This document shows, piece by piece, positions 1 through 6,346 of a stretch of DNA of 32,000 bases. Both the position numbers and the translations under genes were made by a program. Origin of the DNA: Candidatus Methylomirabilis oxygeniifera (GTDB lineage: Bacteria > Methylomirabilota > Methylomirabilia > Methylomirabilales > Methylomirabilaceae); NCBI GenBank assembly GCA_000091165.1, contig FP565575.1:2490001-2522000 (forward strand), in the 5' to 3' direction. The notes below the pieces were generated by a model. The model ran no database searches and had not been told where the DNA came from. It saw only the letters and a list, made by a program, of their open reading frames with translations. How positions within the stretch are numbered: the stretch's first letter is position 1; each line of letters begins with the position of its first letter.

Positions 1-295
1 CGTATCCCTGTCCCTGCCGATCTACGACACGCAGTCGATAGGGAAAGAGGCCGTTCCGCGTCGGAACGACGACCTCGAAGAGACCGTCCGGGTGTACCAA
101 CTCCATGGGCCGGTCCTTGATCTCGCCATCGGCATGGACGACCATTGCCTCCCGGACATCCGGGAGGAAGGCGCGCACGACGACGCATGGCTCTGCGGCG
201 ATGGGTACCTCATGCGGGCCCAGTACGGCGAACGGATCGCCGTGCTCACCCCGGACAATCGCCTCGATCACCTCAGCAGCAAGACTGGAAAGCAT
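1..295 (-). CDS. glgB: 1,4-alpha-glucan (glycogen) branching enzyme, N-terminal part, truncated by window edge
   Basis: Minus-strand translation MLSSLAAEVIEAIVRGEHGDPFAVLGPHEVP...CVVVRAFLPDVREAMVV...MELVHPDGLFEVVVPTRNGLFPYRLRVVDRQG matches the GlgB N-terminal module (HGDPFAVLGPH, VRAFLP, HPDGLFE). Start ATG at 293-295. Confidence 0.85.
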   Translation of the reverse strand, partial: MLSSLAAEVIEAIVRGEHGDPFAVLGPHEVPIAAEPCVVVRAFLPDVREAMVVHADGEIKDRPMELVHPDGLFEVVVPTRNGLFPYRLRVVDRQGQGY

Positions 296-492
296 TTATG
301 TAATCTCCTGTATCTTGGGCAACGCTGCCCAAAGATAACACCATCCCTCCTTCATTTCAATCGCGGTTGCGTGGTGGCATGATCTAGAGGAATCCAAGGA
401 TGGCGGAAAGGCAGAAAGGAAAGCAATCGGCGCTCCTTGCGAGCGCACCTTCTGCTTTAGCCAAAAGAGTTCACGGGTGGCCAAGAAAAAAG

Positions 493-525
493 AAAAGGCG
501 ACTCGCGTAGGTGAAGCCGCCTTTT
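493..525 (-). terminator. Rho-independent terminator, probably for the 546-872 gene
   Basis: AAAAGGCG ... CGCCTTTT perfect 8-bp arms; on the minus strand the hairpin is followed by a T-rich run (CGCCTTTTCTTTTTTC). Confidence 0.7.
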
Positions 526-545
526 CCTGGCTGTTTCGCGTCGGC

Positions 546-872
546 TCAGCCGCCGGCCGGAAGCCTCGTGATGGACTCAGCGAAGGCCTTCCAGTCGCCA
601 GCCTCATGATAATTAACAGGTGAGAAATCACTAAGGAAACTGTGTGTCGCGACTTCCACCATGTCACCCGGCTTAAGATTAGCCAGCGCCATTGTAGCCC
701 GGTCGATGGCCGTGAAGGTCACCGGAAACCCCGAAACATTTATTGTCAGTTCCTGCCAGGAGGGGTTTACCGCGATCACCTCACCGGTGATCATATGTAG
801 CGCCGACGCCGTGCCGGCAAAGGACACCACTGCTAGAAAAGCGATAAAAGCCACCAACACTTTTCTCGACAT
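546..872 (-). CDS. small secreted protein of unknown function
   Basis: MSRKVLVAFIAFLAVVSFAGTASA signal peptide followed by a ~85-aa domain; internal ATG preferred over the track's upstream start. Confidence 0.6.
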   Translation of the reverse strand: MSRKVLVAFIAFLAVVSFAGTASALHMITGEVIAVNPSWQELTINVSGFPVTFTAIDRATMALANLKPGDMVEVATHSFLSDFSPVNYHEAGDWKAFAESITRLPAGG

Positions 873-954
873 GACCGATTCACCTCCTTCTGTATTTACC
901 GTAGGTCGCAAACCAGGTCACGTCAAGGGCTGTACAAAAAATGAGTCGGGTGGA

Positions 955-983
955 GGGCATTGTACCGGTACATTGTGATGCCC
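955..983. repeat. nested palindrome (TGTACCGGTACA inside GGGCAT/ATGCCC arms)
   Basis: Direct reading: GGGCAT TGTACCGGTACA TTGTG ATGCCC, with a perfect 12-bp palindrome at 961-972. Confidence 0.6.
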
Positions 984-1040
984 AATGTATTGATGTTACG
1001 TCCTTCTTCCTGTATGTTCTTCCTGGGGAGTTAACAGCAA

Positions 1041-1402
1041 ATGGTACAGCCACTCACCATGACGGTTTCAGATACAGGGACGACCGATCTGGATGGCTTG
1101 AACGTGGCCCAGCAGGCGGCGGTCACGCACGGCGATGGCCCGTTGCTGATCATTGCGGGCGCCGGGACGGGGAAGACCACGGTGATCGCGCGCACCGGAT
1201 CGCCCACCCGATCAACAGCAGGCGAGTCCGGCCGGAGCAGGTGCTGGCGCTGACCTTTACCGAGAAGGCGGCGGCGGAGATGGAGCGGCGTGTCGACCTG
1301 CTGGTTCCGTACGGCTTCACCGATACCTGGATCTCCACCTTTCACGCCTTTGGAGACCGCGTGCTTCGGGAGCACGCCCTGGTGCTGGGGCTGAGTCCGG
1401 AC
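1041..1402 (+). pseudogene. truncated, frameshifted 5' fragment of a UvrD/Rep-family helicase gene
   Basis: MVQPLTMTVSDTGTTDLDGLNVAQQAAVTHGDGPLLIIAGAGTGKTTVIA, then a 2-nt insertion, then ..PEQVLALTFTEKAAAEMERRVDLLVPYGFTDTWISTFHAFGDRVLREHALVLGLSPD in another frame. Nearly identical to the intact gene at 6347-9322; ends abruptly at ~1402. Confidence 0.85.
1095..1402 (+). repeat. left copy of ~306-bp direct repeat
   Basis: Aligns to 6401-6706 with about 13 substitutions and one 2-nt indel (counted by eye), same orientation. Confidence 0.9.
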
Positions 1403-1441
1403 CGAGGCTGCGATGTTCGTCGGTTGCCCCGCCGGAGTCAT
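1397..1441 (-). pseudogene. AbiEii-type nucleotidyltransferase toxin, only the first ~15 codons remain
   Basis: ATG overlaps the abiEi stop (ATGA); peptide MTPAGQPTNIAASVR resembles AbiEii N-termini (..NIAASVR..); homology then switches to uvrD sequence at the shared CCGGAC. Confidence 0.6.
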
Positions 1442-2043
1442 CCCACAGCCTCCAGATAGGGGCGGATCAGTGTCACGCGGTCCACCGGAGCGAAGCGCCA
1501 GACGGCCTCCAGGCGTTTAGGGTACATCCTCCGGTAGTCGCGCAGCGCCTCGATGGCGACGTCGATGCCGATCTTGTTGCGGAACTTGAAACAGTCCGCG
1601 ACGGTCTTGGCCGCGCTGAACACCCGTACCGTCACGCCGGAGATGCGGTGCTCCTCCACCCCTTCCAGCAACGCGGGGCCTGACAGGTAGAACAGCCGCA
1701 GGGGAGGCTGCTCCAGTCGCGGCCTCCACGCTTTGCGGTCGATCGCCATCCAGATCTCGAACGGGTTCTGCGTGGTAAGCCCGTGAAAGCGCAGTGCCAA
1801 CAGTAGGCAGAGGACGCCCACAGGCACGCGGCGCGCGACCTCTACGAGATGCTGTCGCTCCGTTACGGGGGCACCCGGGAGCCGGTAGAGACCGCGCCCC
1901 ACCCGCTCGAGCAGTCCCCTATCCAGCAACCGGCGTAGTTGTATTCTCGAGACGCCAACGCGCTCAATGTCCCGGGAGCGCGCGATCCCAACTCGCTGCA
2001 TCAGCTCTTGAATCTGATCCGGTAGGATGATTCTTGTAGTCAC
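1438..2043 (-). CDS. AbiEi-family antitoxin/transcriptional regulator of a type IV toxin-antitoxin system (orphan)
   Basis: N-terminal wHTH (SRDIERVGVSRIQLRRLLDRGLLERVGRGLYRLP) and C-terminal region HRISGVTVRVFSAAKTVADCFKFRNKIGIDVAIEALRDYRR are typical of AbiEi-like antitoxins. Confidence 0.85.
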   Translation of the reverse strand: MTTRIILPDQIQELMQRVGIARSRDIERVGVSRIQLRRLLDRGLLERVGRGLYRLPGAPVTERQHLVEVARRVPVGVLCLLLALRFHGLTTQNPFEIWMAIDRKAWRPRLEQPPLRLFYLSGPALLEGVEEHRISGVTVRVFSAAKTVADCFKFRNKIGIDVAIEALRDYRRMYPKRLEAVWRFAPVDRVTLIRPYLEAVG

Positions 2044-2048
2044 AATAC

Positions 2049-2074
2049 CTCGGCCTCCGTTACTAGATGCCGAG
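2049..2074. promoter_or_regulatory. inverted repeat CTCGGC-N14-GCCGAG upstream of the abiEi-like gene, possible autoregulatory operator
   Basis: Inverted repeat just 5' of the start codon at 2043; AbiEi-type antitoxins are known to repress through inverted repeats. Confidence 0.3.
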
Positions 2075-2325
2075 TATATGTGACACGTCTGAAGTGGGCC
2101 GTCAAGGCCCCTTCTCCCTCATGACTACCACGCTCGCTGGCGTGCCTACGCGAGGCCAGTGAAGCCGGAATGATTCCGTGGAGGCGCTGCGTGAAGCTGC
2201 TGAGGAGTCAGGGCGTGACTAATCGTTGCGCTGCACTCCTGAAGACGAACGACTATGTGACCTGACGGTGAGGGGTTACTTCAGCGCGTCGCGCTTAGCC
2301 GCGAACTCGTAGTATCGGTGTCGCT

Positions 2326-2342
2326 GGTACTTGATAAGTACC
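2326..2342. repeat. perfect short hairpin GGTACTT-GAT-AAGTACC
   Basis: Direct reading. Confidence 0.4.
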
Positions 2343-2495
2343 GCACTCCCCGCCATTGACGAAAGCATTGCTCCCGAGGGAAGGCTGCCGAACGGATTGG
2401 GGCTTCAGCTGCAACGAATACGGCGGACCACAAACGCTAATGCGGAATCGCCCGCCGCCAGACCATCACGAATCGATCGACCGAGCTGTTCGTTA

Positions 2496-3881
2496 TCAGC
2501 TGCAAGCGCTTGTTGCGCAGCTCGTCGATCTAGCGCGCAACCTTGAGAGGTTTGAGCCATCCTTGTCGACGATCTTGCCAGCCGAGACCGATTTTGCATA
2601 GATATCAACTGCTGCCGCCAAGTCGTCGTTCCCGATGATACGCTTCTCCACCGCGCTTTGAAGCATTGCTGCAACCTTGTCTCCTAGCAGTCGCGATTGG
2701 ACGTTCGACACTCGCTCAATCAGGAAGAAGGACTGACCGAGGGAAGGTTCGGTAACAAGCTCATCCAAAAAGAGACGCATTGCCCGAGGAACACCGTAGA
2801 CTCCCCGCTCGAACCGCACAGATCCAAGGTATAGCTCCAGCTGACGGTCTTTCGTGATCACCCGATCGAGCCAAAGTGCCAACAGGATTTCTATCGCCTT
2901 CCGTCGTACGAGCTTCTGATGCTCTTGTATGAATAGCGTACGGGCTAGCTGTTGAGTGATCGTCGACCCTCCGGATCGCCGCCGCGCGCCGCCCAAGCCT
3001 AGGAGTGCCCTTGCGGAACCTCGTAGGCTGAGACCGCGGTGTGAAAAGAACGTCTGGTCTTCGATAAAGACGAGAACCTTCTTGAGGTTGGTAAGATCGA
3101 TCTTCAGCCTTTGGATCTCATAGCTCGCAAGCGTCGCTCTGTAGATCACTTGCTCAAAATTCCCAACGAGCTGGAGCCGGACGCACCGCGCGAGCGAACG
3201 CGCGAAGAGAAGGCTCAAACGCTCATGGGTGTCCAGCAGCGCCTTGCGATAGACGATCGCAAGGAAGATCGCCCAGCCTGCAGCGCCGAGGAATACTAAT
3301 GCTGTTGGAGGGGCGTAAAAGATCCAGTTCCGGGCGAGCAACTGCTTCGACAGTTCAGTCGATACGAAGAGAACCACTGCCGCGGAGAAGCCGGCGATCA
3401 TGAACAGCGGATACGCGACGTAGGTGTTCCATCCGGGGAAGAGGCGTACTGCAAACGGCTCATCCGCTCCCTCAATCCTCCAATTTGGCAGCACGAGCTG
3501 CAGTCGCCCGTAGCTGAGACCGAGCATTCTGCGAAGGACGATCACCTTCCGCGCAGAGAAGACGACTGCCTTCTGTCGGTCGGCGAAATACCGCAGCGTG
3601 ACGATGGAGAAACCAGCGGCGAGAGCGAGAAGGACCGCTAGAGTCAACTCGGGGGCGAGGATAGGCTCAAAGGCGACCGTCAACGGGCCAAGGGAGCCAA
3701 CTATGAGAGATCCAAGCCCAGCGGCGGCAACTATCGAGATGTTGGAGGCGTTGAGGAACACACGCTCCTCGGCTTCGAGGGTCTTCGCAGCCGCCCTGTA
3801 CTCCTCGATTGCGATATCCCGGTGGTCAAAGTGATACGTCGGGAAGTGCTGCTGCCAGCCTTGCTGTTCGTCGTCTATCAT
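2496..3881 (-). CDS. multi-TM membrane protein with a GT51 (penicillin-binding-protein-type) transglycosylase domain, no transpeptidase domain
   Basis: GT51 motifs IEDQTFFSHRGL, GGSTITQQLARTLF, RKAIEILLALWLDRVITKDRQLELYLGSVRFERGVYGVPRA; preceded by about four hydrophobic helices. Start MIDDEQQ at 3881, 36 nt from the attC-like core. Confidence 0.8.
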   Translation of the reverse strand: MIDDEQQGWQQHFPTYHFDHRDIAIEEYRAAAKTLEAEERVFLNASNISIVAAAGLGSLIVGSLGPLTVAFEPILAPELTLAVLLALAAGFSIVTLRYFADRQKAVVFSARKVIVLRRMLGLSYGRLQLVLPNWRIEGADEPFAVRLFPGWNTYVAYPLFMIAGFSAAVVLFVSTELSKQLLARNWIFYAPPTALVFLGAAGWAIFLAIVYRKALLDTHERLSLLFARSLARCVRLQLVGNFEQVIYRATLASYEIQRLKIDLTNLKKVLVFIEDQTFFSHRGLSLRGSARALLGLGGARRRSGGSTITQQLARTLFIQEHQKLVRRKAIEILLALWLDRVITKDRQLELYLGSVRFERGVYGVPRAMRLFLDELVTEPSLGQSFFLIERVSNVQSRLLGDKVAAMLQSAVEKRIIGNDDLAAAVDIYAKSVSAGKIVDKDGSNLSRLRARSTSCATSACS

Positions 3882-3917
3882 GTGCGATTTACTGACGGAG
3901 GTTTGTATGCGCGAGCT

Positions 3918-3961
3918 GCCCAACGCTGCGCGTAACCCGCGGGTTAACGCGCTTGTTAGGC
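3918..3961 (-). repeat. integron attC-like recombination site
   Basis: Minus strand GCCTAACAAGCGCGTTAACCCGCGGGTTACGCGCAGCGTTGGGC: outer cores GCCTAAC/GTTGGGC pair, and an internal imperfect stem GCGCGT(T)AACCC/GGGTTACGCGC carries one extra T, as expected of a folded attC bottom strand. Confidence 0.7.
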
Positions 3962-4714
3962 ATTCGGCGATTCCGGTCCGATGTTTCGCTGTTCCGAGTC
4001 CTCGAGCTCCTTCCAGATCGGGGCCCACTGTTCCGCCGTGATGAACCCCTTGTCGACCAGTTCCGCGTGCAGCCCGTTCATCGCATCTCGAAACGAGCCC
4101 CCTTTCTCCCGGGCGGCCGCAGCGTGTCTTGCCCAGACCTCCAACTCCTCGAGTGGGTAGTCGCGGAGGTAGTTGATGACGACCGCCGCCTCCCTGAGCA
4201 GAGTCTCGCTACGGTCGCGACAGTCTAGGTTACCGGGCAGGTGCACTGCCACCCCCTCGGGGATCGCGAAGCAATCGCTGTACAAGCCCAACTGCTTCGC
4301 AGCGTCAAGGTCTTCGGGAGATGGACCGTTCGCTTTGACTGCTACGCGCGTTTCCGCATCGAGATTCAGAAGAAGAACGCTTGCCCGCATCTCGATGGCG
4401 AAGTTGAAGAGCTCCGTCTTGGCGCTGTGGCGTCGATATGCACGCCACAGCGCGTCACACGACTGGCGCGGTGCGGCGATGCCGATGAGGATCGACATCA
4501 CGATGTGTGGTTTGCCTGCCTCTTCTAGCGCCAGGACGCATAGAGCAGTGGAGTGGTGAAAGCGTCCTTGCTCATGGAGCATCTTCGCGCTCGCCAGGAG
4601 GTCCAGCGCGTTGAGGCGAGCCGCCTGTATTGCCGCTGCTGCGTCGTGTGGCGTGAGGGGACCCGAGTAGGGTTGAAGACCAACCCTACTCAGTGATGAG
4701 GGCGGCTTGGCCAT
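3956..4714 (-). CDS. AbiV-family/HEPN-like abortive infection protein
   Basis: AAAIQAARLNALDLLASAKMLHEQGRFHHSTALCVLALEEAGKPHIV matches the AbiV signature (N..L..DA..L...GR...A..LA..A.EE.GK). Stop TAA lies inside the GCCTAAC core. Confidence 0.7.
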   Translation of the reverse strand: MAKPPSSLSRVGLQPYSGPLTPHDAAAAIQAARLNALDLLASAKMLHEQGRFHHSTALCVLALEEAGKPHIVMSILIGIAAPRQSCDALWRAYRRHSAKTELFNFAIEMRASVLLLNLDAETRVAVKANGPSPEDLDAAKQLGLYSDCFAIPEGVAVHLPGNLDCRDRSETLLREAAVVINYLRDYPLEELEVWARHAAAAREKGGSFRDAMNGLHAELVDKGFITAEQWAPIWKELEDSEQRNIGPESPNA

Positions 4715-4729
4715 GCCGTGTCTCCGAAT

Positions 4730-4748
4730 GCCTAACTATTGATTAGGC
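4730..4748 (-). repeat. short attC-like core pair GCCTAATCAATAGTTAGGC
   Basis: 19-nt inverted repeat with the cassette-type cores; contains the TAA stop of the 4743-5480 gene and lies 15 nt before the ATG of the 4714 gene. Confidence 0.5.
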
Positions 4749-5480
4749 GGACTCCTCTCGTTTGCGCTCACGTGCCCACTCCTGCCAATACCGCGCGTTG
4801 GAAAGGAAGTCACTATCGATGAGCAATCGCCTCCGGACGTCAAACACCCGGAACGTGCGCTCGTAGTCATACGTAACTCCCCAGTAGCCCAGGTAGTCTG
4901 CCGTGGTAACGCCCCGAATCGTTTCATCGACGTCGAGCAGAACACGGAAGCGGCATAGTCGTTGTTCCGGGTCTTGAAAGACCGGTACCTGGATGGAGTA
5001 CGGGTACTCACCCCGCCCGTTGCGGAGGAGTGGGTAGCACTGGCCGAGCGTCTGGAAAATCTGGCCCAGCGACTCATAGATGGAGTCGCTGCAGATCTTG
5101 GTAATGACGACCTCCGCATCGGCAAACGTGAGGTGCAGTTCGCTGATATCGACGTTGCGCTCCGGATTCTGAGACCGCAGCTTCTTGTAGGCGGCCAGAA
5201 ACGGACGAAGGACAAACGACCGAGCCCCGGACTTGAGCAAATCAAATGCAACGCCGTCAGCGACCAGTTTCAGGACGTCATGAATAGAGATGTTGGATAG
5301 CGCGTGAACTGCAAACTCATAAAGACCACCTCCGAGGTCGCCGGGTCTGCTGCGGACCCGCGCCACGTAGTGGGCATCGAGCTCTGACTGGAATTCCCGA
5401 ATGCCGTCCAGCTCGAGAAGGCGGTCAGGACCCTCCTGGATTGCCCAGTACTCGACTTGGAGCGAAAGGGGGTACTCCAT
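4743..5480 (-). CDS. hypothetical protein in a cassette-like context
   Basis: MEYPLSLQVEYWAIQEGPDRLLELDGIREFQSELDAHYVARV...; start at 5480 lies 14 nt from a GTTAGGC core with CGGAG ribosome-binding sequence; stop inside a GCCTAA core. Confidence 0.7.
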   Translation of the reverse strand: MEYPLSLQVEYWAIQEGPDRLLELDGIREFQSELDAHYVARVRSRPGDLGGGLYEFAVHALSNISIHDVLKLVADGVAFDLLKSGARSFVLRPFLAAYKKLRSQNPERNVDISELHLTFADAEVVITKICSDSIYESLGQIFQTLGQCYPLLRNGRGEYPYSIQVPVFQDPEQRLCRFRVLLDVDETIRGVTTADYLGYWGVTYDYERTFRVFDVRRRLLIDSDFLSNARYWQEWARERKREESA

Positions 5481-5494
5481 CGTCACTCCGATCC

Positions 5495-5501
5495 GCCTAA
5501 C
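5495..5501 (-). repeat. single integron-like core GTTAGGC (attI or partial attC candidate)
   Basis: Minus strand TATAGTTAGGCGGATCGGAG, highly similar to the sequence flanking the next site (ATAGTTAGGCATTCGGAG). Confidence 0.4.
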
Positions 5502-5666
5502 TATAAGTGAGCCGCCCCTGAAACCGACAAAGGCTGGCGGCCTATTTCCTGAATCGACTCGACTCCCAAACGACGAATTGGCGTGTAATCTCCCACACTT
5601 AGCCAAACCGGTCAAGCGTATTCTGGCCGACAAATGTTGCCGGCTTCGGAAGCCTATCCCGGTCGG

Positions 5667-5939
5667 CTATCCGATTTTTGACGTCAGTTCTCCCTCAACA
5701 TACCGATGGATGATGCCGGAAATGAGGGTTTGATAGGGGATGCCTAATTCCATGGCTTTCTTTTGAATGCCCTTGTAGTCATGGTCGTAGAGGCGAATGG
5801 TAATCCGTCTGTCCTTGACCAAGGTCTTTCTGGCGGTCGCCTTTATAGCTTCAAGCTCCTTCTTGGACGGAGCGGATAGCTTCATCTGCCCTTTCTCGTA
5901 GGCATCGACAATGGTTTTTTCCTCTTTGCTGTATTTCAT
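5667..5939 (-). CDS. BrnA/RHH-like antitoxin
   Basis: KDRRITIRLYDHDYKGIQKKAMELGIPYQTLISGIIHRYVEGEL is a ribbon-helix-helix motif typical of BrnA/CopG-type antitoxins; immediately follows the toxin gene. Confidence 0.75.
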   Translation of the reverse strand: MKYSKEEKTIVDAYEKGQMKLSAPSKKELEAIKATARKTLVKDRRITIRLYDHDYKGIQKKAMELGIPYQTLISGIIHRYVEGELTSKIG

Positions 5940-5945
5940 GTGTTG

Positions 5946-6224
5946 TTAACCCTCCTGCTCCTTTTTGTATGCTTGGGTTGCCTTTCGACTCGGAATAATG
6001 GTCTTCAAGAAGATGTCATCCTTTTCTACAACGTGAGGAACAAGATAAATGTAGTCTTCCACAACCACAAAGTATATTCGCTGTCCGGGATAGTTCTCTT
6101 GATCGGGGTGATCGGTAAGTTTCCAGACGTCACCACGAGCCAGATGAAAGAGTATCTTTTCGAAAGAGATCCCTCTTTCCTCCTTTAACCACTCGTTCTT
6201 CTCGGAGTCCCATTCATATTTCAT
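5946..6224 (-). CDS. BrnT-like toxin
   Basis: MKYEWDSEKNEWLKEERGISFEKILFHLARGDV...YPGQRIYFVVVEDYIYLVPHVVEKDDIFLKTIIPSRKATQAYKKE resembles BrnT (xxWDxxKNxxxxxxxGISFE) with cognate antitoxin next to it. Confidence 0.7.
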   Translation of the reverse strand: MKYEWDSEKNEWLKEERGISFEKILFHLARGDVWKLTDHPDQENYPGQRIYFVVVEDYIYLVPHVVEKDDIFLKTIIPSRKATQAYKKEQEG

Positions 6225-6232
6225 GTTTTATA

Positions 6233-6253
6233 TGTACATCTTTTGTCTGTACA
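6233..6253. promoter_or_regulatory. TGTACA-N9-TGTACA operator candidate upstream of the TA pair
   Basis: Two TGTACA palindromes 15 bp apart, 9-29 bp upstream of the toxin start. Confidence 0.4.
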
Positions 6254-6346
6254 AGTCAACGTGATAGCATTGCCGTTTATACCGGAGGGAATCGTCATGC
6301 TATTATAGCGTGGCGTGGTTGAGCGACTACAAAGGATTGGCGAGGA

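Noticed and set aside
2496-4028. Track start at 4028 for the TM-GT51 gene
   Set aside because: The first 49 codons run through the attC-like site and the neighbour's 3' end; MIDDEQQ at 3881 fits better.
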